A stretch of DNA of 63,266 bases, filler included. It is 6 parts of 6 records of this genome, joined end to end, with 100 filler letters (N's around TTAATTAATTAA, not from the genome) between each part and the next. Parts side by side here need not be neighbours in the genome. Positions count along the whole stretch, not along the records: positions 1 to 6,246 come from SRR2962707_3562; positions 6,347 to 15,251 come from SRR2962707_3568; 4 more parts are not named here. One strand, 5' to 3'. The notes under the pieces are model-generated. The model was not told where the DNA came from, ran no database searches, and saw nothing but the letters and a program-made list of their open reading frames with translations. Both the position numbers and the translations under genes were made by a program. This document shows positions 1 to 12,324 of this stretch, in pieces; within the stretch, counting starts at the first letter, position 1, and every line of letters starts with the position of its first letter.

Positions 1-315
1 GGGGGGGGGGGGGGGGGGGGGTCAGTGGCATTGAAAGTGCCAATTGGTGACAGCAGTAGGAAAACCCGCCCTCATTCTCTGATATTTTCGGCGTTCCTTT
101 TTCGCTGATACTTACTTGCACGCTGAAACGGAACTTTGCGCTGATTGCAATGGCCAGCGACCAAAATGCGTTCCACTGCAGTCGCTGCCCAGACACGGCG
201 GCAGCTGGCTCGAATCGGTGACACACGCCGTCATAGACAGACAGACAGACAGAGCTGGCCTTTTCGTGAGACTTGTGGCGCTCTCGATCCTTTTTTTTAG
301 AGCAAGAATATAAGG

Positions 316-3300
316 ATGCCAGGTGATACCTTTGCCGCTCGCTTTGAACGCCTCTCGGAGATCCTCAACCTGACCGCTTTCTTTTTCCAAGTGTTCGACG
401 TCCGCACGGGAATATGCGTGTATCAGAATGAAGCAGCGCGGAAATACTATGCCCCGTGCGTGCCTGCGTGTGTGTGCTTGTGTTTTGTGTTCCAGAAATT
501 ACGGCTTTGTCTGATTCTGCACCAAGTTTTCGCGACTCTGCTCTCATTGTTTCTCGTGTTGTGTGCATGTGGACGCGCAGGATTTTTAAAGCAAACGGAG
601 GATCTCCTGGCCAGGGCGGAGCAGTGAGCGACACCAACTTGACAGTTCGACACGTCTACGATACTATTGAAGCAGAAGCATCTGATATCCAACAAGAGAG
701 TGTGTCCGTGGAGGAGCTGATCTCGTACCTGCGTACACTTTCTGACACTGCTGTGGCGCAAAAGCGGTCCTTCCACACTGCGTCGCTGTTGAGCCTGCGA
801 CGAGGTGTTGGTGGATCTGGCAAACGATGGCATTACTGGAGCGTTGTGGATTTGGTCGATCCCGTCCTTCGCAGCGATAGTATTCTCATTATCCAGAACA
901 ATTGCACTCAAATGGTGGACCTAAATGATGACCTGGCCCATTTCAAGGAAAAAGAGGATGACAAGCTCGCAACATTTTCGCACGAACTCCGCACACCTTT
1001 GAATGGCATAATCAACCTCGCCGAGTCGCTTGGACAACGCCCTGAATTCCAGCAAAATTCAACGGTACAGCGCAGCATCAAGGCCATCCTGGATTGTGGC
1101 AAAAGTCTCGCCCGCAATATTGAAGCCGCGATGGAGTTCAGTGCCGCTGAACAAGGTGATTTAGAACGAGACAGCATCAATCTCGTCGATGTGGTTGCTA
1201 ATGTCTTGGAAATCTGTCGCGACAAGAAAGACGACCGTGTATCGTTCGTAAACAACGTCGCCGATTTTAGAGGTCTAGTTTATGGAAGTTCCGGGCATTT
1301 GGAGCGTATTTTGGTGCAGCTGATTGAGAACGCTTGCAAATTCACCGACTTTGGCAGTATTACTGTGAGTGCACGCGAGCGGTCGGGTGGCGACTTCGTG
1401 GAGGTGTCTGTCACTGACACTGGATGTGGTATTAATGCCGACCAGATGCGCCGTATTTTTGGCCAATTTGAGCAGGCTGATATGAGTGCAACGCGTCGTT
1501 TCGGAGGCCTGGGCCTTGGTCTCAGCCTCTGCAAAAAGCTTGTTGAGGAGGGCGGGGGTGATATCGATGTAGTAAGTTCGGTCGGGAAAGGCAGTTGCTT
1601 TCGCTTTACCGTGCCAACGTCGGCGAGGGCACTGGAAGCTGTCCAAACGATCATGAAAGGTCGTGGTGTGCCAAGCGCAACGGTCAGCACCGCGAGCTCC
1701 CGCGGTAGCAGTCGACCGCCACATGGCAAAAGCCCAAAACGTTCAAATGGGAGCAAACCGTCGGAAGACCATGGACGAAGCACAGATCAGACGCGATCTG
1801 ATCATGATGAATCTTCTTCTGGTACTGGCACTCGTGCATCTGATGGCAACCGACCTTTTGATAGAGATACAGATCCTGAGGGTGAAGAGAAAGTTGGTGT
1901 TTCTTCCAGCGTGGCAGCTGCAGGCGTCAGCCAAACCGACGATGAGGTTTCTGCCCCGGGTGCCCAAGAGTTGCGTCATTTGCAAAAAAAGCTGAGCAAC
2001 TTGAGCCCTTCCAGCTTGTCTTCCGCAACGTCTTCTCCTGTGCTTCCTCAAACAGTGCAAAACAATACGATGATGCAGGTGGCCGCTGGATCGGCTGCGC
2101 CAATGGCTGCGGTGGGAAGTGATAGCGGCGGTAACAACGAGCACACGCTCGAAGAAGCGATGAAAAAACTTGCTCGTCTTCAGGCTGAAAATGAGCACAT
2201 TCGACAAGAGCTTGTCGTAAAGAACCAAGAGGCTCGCAAACTCCGTGAGCAAATGGCCAAGGCAGAGGCGGAAGCTGCATCACTGCAGGGGCAGCTCACC
2301 AAGCACAAGGCCACACTTCTGCACCGGTACACTGAAAAAGGACATGCCCGGCCGGATGTGGATGCGCTTCCAAGTAACAAAGATGTTCATGGTTCCATCG
2401 AGGTGCGTTTGTCAGATTTGTCTCACCTGTTGGCTCGCTGTTGAAACGGCCTGAGCTTTGTGACATGCCTCATGAATAATTTCGTTTCAGGTGTTGAGTG
2501 TTGATGATAATCCGATCAACCAAATGGTAATCAAAAACATCTTAACCCCAGCAGGATATACGGTGACAACCTGTGCGGATGGCATTGAATGTCTCGACGT
2601 TTTAGAAAAGCGTGATGTGCTTCCCGATCTGCTGCTTCTCGACATTATGATGCCACAAATTAGTGGTTACGAGGTCTGCTTCCGGCTCCGCGAGATGTTT
2701 CCAACATCTGCATTGCCGATTATTATGGTGTCTGCCAAGACCCGTGAATCTTGCATTGTCGACGGTTTCAAAGCGGGTGCCAACGACTACGTAACGAAGC
2801 CTTACAAAAGGACAGAATTGTTGGCCCGCGTTGACACTCAGTTGAGGTTGAAAGAAGTTTGGCGCACTGAAATCGAGGCAGAAAAAACGGATGATATGCT
2901 TCGGCAAGTGCTTCCGGCTCACATGCTTTCTCGTCTGAAATCGGGCGAACTCATCGCTGACGCTCACAACAATTTGACGGTCTTAGTGGCAGATATTCAC
3001 CACACGACATCACATCTGACGCACAAGAGTCCCCTCGAAGCGATGCGGTAGGTCGTAGTATTTGATGTTTGAGTACAGATGCACTGTTGTCCCGCGGTGA
3101 ATGGCGGCAATGCTTAATTTTCAAGTCGTGGAACGTGCAGGTACCTTGAGCAAGTGATGGAAGAATTCAAAAAGCTTTGCACCAAGTACAATGCATACAA
3201 AGTTGAGACCATTGGGTCATCATTGATGGCGGTCATGGGTCACGAACTTAACCTGGATGCCAGTCCTCGAAGCCGAGCGACGCCTGCGTCCCGCTCCCCG

Positions 3301-5500
3301 GTTGCTGGTTTTAGATTGGACTCTTTCCCTACAAAATTGCATGATTCTGCTGATCCAACAGTAGTCGTGGGAACGCGGGAGGATGGTGCAGCAGTATGTT
3401 CAAGTCCAGCACGTGATGCGCACAGAATGTATGCTCTTGCCCAGGAGTTTATTGAATTCATCCAGCAGTTGAACACGGCTGAAGCTACGCAAGTCGACGA
3501 GGGGGCGATCAATGACCAGCAACCCAGTCCTCCCCGAGCGTTGGATGGCGTGTGCTCTCCTTCACCTCAGTCAGACAGAAACCATAGCGAAAGCCTCGCA
3601 GCAGTTGTGGCTCGCGTTGGAATCCACGCAGGACCTGGGTACTCTGGGATTGTGCCTGATCAAAAAATGCCCTCGTGCGTCTGGAGGAGGAGGTTTTGAG
3701 TCGGGGGTCTGGTCTGTCTCTGGGTGCGCCAGCGTTGCGTTTTTTAAAGCTTCTGGTTTTGCTTGCGGTAGGTACGCCTTTTTTGGAACGACCGTGCGCA
3801 CGGCAACTCGAATTGCCCACGGCGGTTTTCCCATGACAGTTCATGTCAGTGAGGCCTTTGTCAACAGCATGGGGCCCGATCGAAAGACTGACTTCGTTGT
3901 CTACGCGAAACAGTGCGTTGCTGTGTTTCTGTTCTTGCAATAGTAAGTTTGCTCTTCGATCGGTTGATCACGCAAGTAACACCAACTGTGCTACCCCAAA
4001 AGGTACTTCGGCGGAAGCACTTGGCAAACAACCTTTCTCGGACGCTGTGGTGATTTTTCGTCAGCAATTATTTTTAAGCACGAAGAGGCCAAGAAAACGG
4101 TGGCGGAGTCTTCCCCTGAAATCCTCAGTGATGAAATTCCGCTGCATTCGTCTCCGATCGTGCGAAAGCTGGGGGAAAGTTTCAAGCGGGCGCTTCTTCG
4201 AACATACAAGCGCGCGGGTATCTCCGATTCAGAGCCATTCACACGGGGTGACAGCAATGAGGACAATGCGTCGACTTCCGACGTTCTTGCTCACCTTGTC
4301 GAGGACTTCATCAACGACGTTCGAGCGGAAGGTTATGGCAGTGAGGTAGCTCCAACTTCATCAACAGGCGTAAGTCCAATCGGTGGTGCAACGCACGATC
4401 ATTCTGGGGACAGCTTTGGGGCAATGCACTGTCTTGCGCCAATTCTGAGCATCACAGAAGATTCAGAAACTGGGTTAGAGACTGAGCAGGGTGGTCATGC
4501 TGTTGGTGCACACTTAGCTGGAAAGTCGAAGACCTGCGTGGTGCTCAAGGGGTCGTCGCTGGACTATTCTGCGAGTCCGGAGCAGGGGTCTCCTTCAACT
4601 TCACCATCTCGACGTGGTACTCGCTCAGGATTTTCACCGGTGCTTCAAAATGCTATCGAGGCGCCAAGCAAAAAAAGCCTTGGTCTTGGTCAAACTGCCT
4701 CGGCGGGCCAGATCGACGAGCCAGAAGTTGCTCGCACGTCCGAAGGAGGACCAGTAGAGAAGGGGCCGATGTTGGACACACTCAAAGTTAGTGGGGTGGG
4801 TGTTGGCCTCGGTAGCAGTAGTTCCAGCGATTCACCTGATAGCACCCACCATGGACGCCCTCGCAAGAACTCAAGTTTGAGCGCACGAGTGTTTCGCCTC
4901 ACTGCAAACCTTTCAGAATCACAATCCAATATCAAGCGTCTGGAAAGCGATCTTGCGATGGAATCATCCCGCCGTGCTGAAGCGGAGGCTCGTATCGAGG
5001 CTGCACTGCAACGCGCTGAAGCAGCAGAACGCCACGCTGCTCTGTTAGAAGCACAAACCACATCAAGCACTGGGCAAGTTGATCCTGATTTATCAACTTC
5101 ACGCAACGCTGTTGTTGCGTGCTCCTCCACTCCACTTCAGGCAAGTCCTTCAAAGGCTGTTCGGACTGAGTCAAAAACAGGCACTTCCAATGGCTGTGAT
5201 GATGCGGGGATGATTTCATTCAACCTGCACGTCGCAGCTGGACACTACATTGGAGGCGGCGAAATCCAGCCAGAACAATTGTCACCCCTCGGACAGTTTC
5301 TGCTTGAGCAGGGTTTGCTCCACTACCTGCCTGCTTTTGAACGAGAGGATGTCACTCTCAACATTTTGCCGCTTCTCACTGATGATGATCTTGCCGAAAT
5401 CGGCGTGCTCAGTGTCGGCGCTCGACTTCGAATTTTGCGCCACACTAAAGGACTTCGGCCTGAACTATCGGAGAACGACGAGAGTGACGAATCTTTCTAG
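316..5500 (+). CDS. Spliced eukaryotic hybrid sensor: PAS-like - histidine kinase - coiled coil - receiver - class III cyclase-like - coiled coil - SAM
   Basis: Frame-preserving GT-AG introns at 456-580, 2403-2490, 3048-3140, 3675-3771, 3913-4002. H-box FSHELRTPLNGI, N-box LIENACKFT, G1 DTGCGI, G2 GGLGLGL. REC motifs VDDNPINQ, LLLDIMMP, YVTKPY. Cyclase-like KVETIG, RVGIHAGP, MPSYAFFG. SAM-like FLLEQGLLHYLPAFEREDV...DDLAEIGV. An upstream exon is possible (acceptor-like TTTTTTTAG ending at 300). Confidence 0.88.
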
Positions 5501-6222
5501 ATTTGACCTTGAAGTCGTTTGTGTCAAATCTCCTCATTCTTCGATTTCATTATTGATAAAAACACCTACCGGTATGATGTTTTATACCAAGCTTCCTGAA
5601 GGTCCCATGTCCGTAATTTGATCAGACTCCACGGTCTTTCGCAGGCGAATCCGTCGAAATTTATCTCACCTCTGCCGCGAAGGTCGCAAACGATGCAATG
5701 GAAACGTTAATTTGGGGGTGCAAGTTTGAGGCTGTGGATATGTAGGTCGAGGTCAAGTGTCCTCTGCACTCACGAGCGAGCGCGCAGTGAATGATCTTAA
5801 GACTGTGGCACGGACCTTCTCCGTAGCCGCATCCTCGATTGACAAAGAAAACAAGTCGCGTGTTCAACGCGCCTGAGCCTCCTCAGTCTAGCTGAGGCCA
5901 CAAGTTCGACAACAACATGAAAACAGTCGTGCATGCATGTCAGAAGTATGGATCCTGAACGAGCTCGTTGCTTTTCTGCGATTGAACTTACGATTCTTTT
6001 GCCCTGGGCAATCGTGCAGTGCCCAGCTTCGTGTGAGGAGTGAGCCAGTCGAACGGTAATTCTAGTGTACGTCAAAAACCGGTAGAATCTCGACCTTCTT
6101 GCGTTGGAAACGAAACGCTGACAGGGAGTGAGTGACAGTGATTGTCTAAAAAGGTTTTTTTCACTTTTATTAATGCTGAAACTAGTGATGAACTAACAAA
6201 GGTGGATGACCGCCGTTTCTTT

Positions 6223-6246
6223 CACTCACTCACTCACTCACTCACT
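6223..6246. repeat. (CACT)n microsatellite at contig end
   Basis: cactcactcactcact... running into the N gap. Confidence 0.9.
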
Positions 6247-6346
6247 NNNNNNNNNNNNNNNNNNNNNNNNNNNNNNNNNNNNNNNNNNNNTTAATTAATT
6301 AANNNNNNNNNNNNNNNNNNNNNNNNNNNNNNNNNNNNNNNNNNNN
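6247..6346. other. Artificial contig spacer 1
   Basis: 44 N + TTAATTAATTAA (stops in all six frames) + 44 N; same design at all five junctions. Confidence 0.98.
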
Positions 6347-6683
6347 ACTCACTCTCTCTCTCTCTCTCACACTCACTCCACTCACAGTCAGCGAAAACGG
6401 GCCAGCAGCTTGCACCTTTTCTGATTATTTTTTTCGAATCGACTTCGTTCCCCGTGTCCTCTGAGGTCAGCGAGGTCGGAGCTGGGAGGGCTGCGTTTCT
6501 ATTTGCTTCGCTCGCTCAGGTGCTGCGAAGGGCGTCAGCGATGCGCAAGGCAAGCGAGTGACCCTTGACAAAGTCGAAAGACGAAGTCACACAGTCAGTG
6601 AACGGGGACTTACTTCGAAAGGCCAAGATGTTTGTTTTCAATGCAATTTCTTCTGCCCGTCCCCGCGTTGCGTGAGCTCAGCC

Positions 6684-9600
6684 ATGCCAGAGACGCCCGA
6701 AACCTCCACGCAGGAGGAGCACTCGAAAGGGCGTGCACAAGGAGGAGGGGAGGGGGGTGGAGTCGACGAGACGGCACTCCTGGCGCACCAAACAAACTCT
6801 CAGCACCAAGAAGGTTCCACTGTCGAGCGTAAGTCTGTGAAAGCTGGCAGCAGTGATGCAGATAGCAATGCGAGCGAGTCGCTAGACGAGGGCGCCGCTG
6901 CGTCGTCCCCGAAAGTACAGCTTCTCGCGAAGCAAGTGGCAGAACTCACCGAAGAAGCACGAGCCAAGCAGATTGAGCTGCAGCGTGCAAAAGATGAATT
7001 GGATCGTCAAAATCGGTCTGCTGCAGCGAGGGCGCTGGAGCTGCTTCGCGCGAAGTTGAAGGCATTGTCGGAGGGCATCGGGTCGAATCGCAGCAATGTG
7101 AAGAATATTCGGGGCAGCATCCAGCAACTGAAAGAGTCGCAACTGGAACTCTTTGATGAAGAGAAACAGCGACTGACCTCCGTGCGACGCAGTGAGCTTG
7201 AGCAAAAGGTCTTTGACATTACAGGGCGCCGTATCGAGTGCGTCTACAGTGCCGTCGTCTCAGCGCACCTCTAGTGTTAGCTTGTGTTGTGTCACCGTCG
7301 ACGTTGTGCCCCCAAGTCATTGAAAATATGCACAATTGTGTGCGATAGGTACGATAATTTGCAGTCACAACGGCAGCGACTGGATGCAGAGATTCAGAAG
7401 CGCATGGCAATACTCGACGCAATTAAAGAAATCGAGAGTGAGAGGGCAGATGAAGAGGGTGGAGTGGATGTTGACAAAGCCAGCGCACTGTTGAAGAAAA
7501 TTGACTACTTTAACAAGTGGGTGCTGTTTTGCAAGTGAAATATCTGCAAGATCTCTCGGCGAGTGGTGCCCAAGCGAACCTATTTGACGAATAACTTGCT
7601 TTTCGCCTGTGGCTGATTGGCTTGATTTTCCCAGGTATCTTGATCCCTCCAAGACAATTTCGCAAGAGCTTCAGCAGCTGCAGGGCCAGAATTTCGGGCA
7701 AGCCATCTCGAAGTTCAACTCGCTGGATATCGTGCGCGCGGTACGGGGACCTCTGAGATCATTATATTGATATTTTCAAAGTCTGGCACTTGTCCGAGCT
7801 GCACGTAGCATCTCCCCCATGATTTTCTTTGTTGTCGCTCTGTAGGCAAAAGCAGAAGCACATGCTGAGAGACAACGCATGCACCAAGACGCGATGTATG
7901 AGTTGAACTTGAAAAGGCGACACATGGAGCGACGATTGCGTCAGTTGGAGGCCAGCAAGCAAAGAGTTTCAGAGCAACATGCAAAGGGACTTCGTTTTCT
8001 TATCCACGAAGAACTGCACCACGCTGACCGTCCCGACGAGAAAATTGGGACAGCTGGGAGTGATGGTGGTTCCGAGCCCGAAACTTGGTCCAGTAGTGAC
8101 GAAGCAGACGATACGGGTATTTCTCGTAGACATGGCAAACGCCAAGCAGTGAGCAAAGCGTTATTGACGGCGAATGAGATTCTCAAGCAAGCAGAAACGA
8201 ACAAGAGAAGAGGTACAACTCGAGTGCGACAATTGCGTGCTGGGCGCATTATGGATCGCAGCGTTGTAACGGAACTTAAGTCGGACATTTCGTTCATGAA
8301 ACCGTACGATGGGTCCCTGGGCGAAACGTAAGCGTGTGAATGTGCTGCACTCTCTCAGTCAATGTCAACATTGCTTGTTAATTTTGAATCGGAAATCAGG
8401 AAAATGCTGACTCTAATCCTGAACACTATCTATATTTTGTTTTTCGCCTTTTGGACGCCCTGGCTGGCAATGCTCTTGCTCCAATGACGTGGGTAGCTCC
8501 TTCGGACCCGGTGGACCACCGAAGAGTTGGAGTTGGATGCGGGAGCTTGTTCTCCAGATTTATGAAGGCGTAATGCTGCGCTATTTCAAAAGTGACAAGC
8601 CTTTAGAAATGCTGCTAAATGAGAAAAACGGAGTTCAACAGACAGAAGTGGTTCTTGGACGTAAGCTGGACGACCACAGGACGGAGCGCGCGATTTACGA
8701 GGTTGGTTTTCGTCGACACCATCTTGGTGGAGCTTGAAATGCATTAGCTGCTTGTAGAAGGGAGAACATGACTGATGAATTGCTGCGAAACCAATACGGT
8801 GTGTCGTTGTCTTTGGCCTTGTGAAAAGGTTGTTGACGAACTAATCGAAGCGACCTTAGTCGACCTCGTACGACGACTTGTGAACGATGTGACCTATGTG
8901 TCAAAGTTTGTGGAGAAGCGCGCATTAGGGATATTGACAAGGTTTCTACCTCGTCAAGAACGCATTGGTGGTGACCCGCTTGCAAGCGCTCAGTCCAGGT
9001 ATGCATGTTTGACTGCATTGGATTTATTGCTGTGTGTAGAGTCAAAAAATGCGCGTGAACTGTCCTCGACGTTCGTTGAAGCTCTTTTCGCACACATGCA
9101 CTTGTAGTGAGTTTGCTGAGACGAGTATCCCGTCCATGGTTGCAGAACTGCGAGAGCAACACGCACAACAACGCCAAGCTGCTATGCTTGCGCGGCGGAC
9201 TCTGCCAGATTCAGCCCCGTGAGTTGGAGTGTTGACATTTTTATTCAGTATGTTTGCATGGTCACTCTAATTTGAAATAGCATTTTGGCATCATCAAGTG
9301 TTGGCTGCTCATGTGTAGATATATTGAGCCTGCCAATCCGCTCGTGATTGTTCAAGCCCAAGAAATGGTTGATGCGGCAATCAAAGCCCGGAAGAGGCGT
9401 GAGAAGGGAATATTTGCTGGATCACTCACCGCCGACGACGACCTTGACATGAATAGCCGCGAACACGCGCGCCCTGTGTGCGTTCTCATGGAAAAATTCC
9501 TTGTTGTTTTCGTGACGCTAGGATTGCTGCTTCTCTGCGCGCAGAATGAATACATGGCTAATTGCAGATTGTCCGCTTTTGACCAACAACTTGATTTTAG

Positions 9601-12258
9601 TTTTGATGGCGTAACATTGCCCATTTCGTACCGAAAAATGCCGGTGAAAGTATCGGACAAAGCCAGACAAGCATTTCAGGCAGCTGGAGGACAAGAAGAG
9701 TTCTGGAAGTCGTTGATCTATGTACCACAGAAATCTGGACGACGTGTTCGAAAGAAGAGCACCGGATCTATTACCTGCGTTGAGGTGAATACTCATTCTC
9801 CGAAACTTTGCTAAAATTTGTCGTAGTTGTGCTTGTTGGGTATCGTGTTTACACATCACTTGTGTTTAAGCACCTTTGTTGATTGTCATTAACGTTTCAC
9901 AAAAAGGCCCTTCAAGTTCCAGACACTGGAAACTTAGCCAGTAGCATGTTCGTGATCGGCACCTCGACTGCGTGGGTTGCCGTGTACCGAGTGGTTCCTG
10001 GCTACGCACACGCAGATGAAATCCAGCTATTGGCAGAGTGTAAACCTCATCCTGGCTTGAAGGTGCGTCATGCGCGCGTTATTGCCTCTTTCACAGGGCA
10101 TGGAACAAGGCCATGAGACCGCATGCAAGAACAATTTGGACGTGTGCGACCATATCAAAATCTTTTCTTTGATGTTGAATACGCTCTTGCACCAATAGGC
10201 TGGCGTGTTAGGTGCACCAAGTGCCGCAGTCCGGTCGTTAGTGCTCTCTGCTGATGCTAGCCAGATATTGTCGCTTCATGCCAATGGACAGCTACAGATT
10301 TTCCACATGTTTGGCAGTGCTGGTGAAACAGCCATCAACGTCAAGCCACAAGGCCCAGGCGTTGCAGTTAATCACAGAGACCCAATCCCTGTAAAAGTTT
10401 TGGAACCTGTGCTGCTACTGTCGCATCTTGAGTTCATGCGGCCGCCCCCACCACAATCGTCAAAACAGCGACAGGGGATTGCAGGTGCTGGTGGTCGCCT
10501 CTCGCCGCGTTCGAGGCGACGGCGCCAGCTGAAAGCGGGTGCTCCGGGTCATTTCATTGAGACGGCATGTTTCTTCCCCGGATTGACAACTGCTTTTGCT
10601 CACCCTGCCGTGATACTGGGTTGTCAAAATGGAATGGTTGTCAAGTACAATCTTCCGGGCCACGTATGTTAAGCCTGTTGGCTGAGCTGGCATGCTTGCT
10701 TGCCTGATGACGTTCACGGGGGGTTGCAATCTGGGCAATCACGCATGCTTGGTGCCACACGTGACCGCTGCTGTGTTTGTTTCTTGTTGTTGATAGCAAG
10801 ACACTTTCTATTTGCCAACAGTTGCAACGTTTGAGCCACCCACTTTTGCTGGAATTCTTGAGTCGGAAGGGGATCTGCACTTGGTTTCTTCGGGCGGGGC
10901 AGGAGCTACAAACGCTGCTGGCGTGAAACGCAATGTTGCAAAGCTGTTTGGGGACCCGAGACGGACCGTGAAGAGGGAGTACTTCGAAGGACACGAAGCG
11001 AAAGTAATTTGCGTTGGCTGGACTGCTGCGGTATGCTCTTTATGTGCTGCACAAGTACCTGATTGCTTAGATTCTTTTCGGTGATGCATCTAATATTGCC
11101 CACGACTCTGCGGGAATGGTGTACAAGTGAAGAGCTCAATTTGATGTACCGTCCTTTGTTGTAGGAAGCTCCGACGATGATATCTGTAGATGAACGTGGC
11201 ATAGTTCTGGAATGGTTGTACGACACAGACTACTTCTCAGGGTTTGGGTGGTTTACGCCCAAACGTCGCTTTGAATTTGACCTGCAACACGGCCCCGAAG
11301 GCCGTGTTGGCGGCATCATGTTGCGTCAGGCATATGTTCGTCCGGGTGCCAACGAGTTGCATCTTGTCACCGAACGCGAGGATAGTATGTTCATCAATCT
11401 AGTTGACTTGGACTCAGGATTGCTCTGGCCGTCAGCTGTAGTTGCCACAGGGGCTGCAAAAGCGAATGCCGGTATTACAGGAGGTGACCATGAAGACAGC
11501 GGCTTCCGACAGCTTTATGGAAGCAATGCGCCCACTTGCCAATTGTGCTACCTCCCAGGAATTGACGCTTGCGCATCAGACTACTATTACCTTGTAGTAC
11601 GTTTGATTTGTGCACATTTCGATATGGCTGTTGTGAAGTGCCTGTGGCAAAACACATCGAACACACCGAACTCGACTTCATCATGGCTGACCTCCGTTCT
11701 GGCGTCTGTTGCATGTACGATCAGGCCAACCGGTCTGTACGCGTCTTTTCTCTTGCACTAGGCCAGCTTGTGCGCCAAGTGCCTTTGCCGCTGGACTTCC
11801 GGCGACCTCTCCTTGCCATCGTTGGTCAAGAGCACATCCTTGTGGCGGAGATGGGAAAAGACCGCATGCAAATGTTTCAGGTGCACTTCAGCGATGAAGT
11901 TATGGAATGGTCAGGGCAGGCTCTTTCGTACGAAGGGGTTCCCACTAGCCCTGTGGGCGACATTCCAGACATTGACATCGAAGATGAATTAGAGATTGCT
12001 TCGCTGGAGCAATTTCGTTTACGTCGTCTTCTGGTCGAGCACCGCGAGCGTTCAAATAATTTTGACATTTCCGAGATGCATGCTCACCACGAAGTTCAGA
12101 AAATTGTTCACGACATTGTGAACCTTGCCGTGGACATAAGCTTCGGCAAAAACAAACGGCGGTACGCAATTCTGCAAAAAATGCGTGGCCGGTTGGAAGG
12201 AGGACCCAAGCAAGAGGCGCATGCCCCGCTCACTCGTGGTCTCAGTTTTGTGACATGA
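6684..12258 (+). CDS. Large multi-exon eukaryotic gene of unknown function: N-terminal coiled coils, C-terminal WD40/beta-propeller-like region (could be two genes)
   Basis: Chain of + strand ORFs separated by GT-AG introns (e.g. 7741-7845 preserves frame). WD-like segments: AVRSLVLSADASQILSLHANGQLQIF; FEGHEAKVICVGW...MISVDERGIVLEW. Exon structure only partly resolved. Confidence 0.55.
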
Positions 12259-12324
12259 CAAACCTACGTAGCCCAACCGATAGCGGACCAAACAACTGAG
12301 CCATTATTAATGTATGAATTTTAA

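Noticed and set aside
1-21. Poly-G run as a G-quadruplex or telomere
   Set aside because: A homopolymer at a contig start is most likely a sequencing or assembly artefact.
6291-6302. TTAATTAATTAA as a biological repeat or PacI-site cluster
   Set aside because: Always centred in identical N spacers; synthetic linker.
7698-7845. Non-canonical GC-AG intron starting at GGCAAG
   Set aside because: The reading frame continues to a canonical GTACGG donor at 7741 that joins the next exon in phase.
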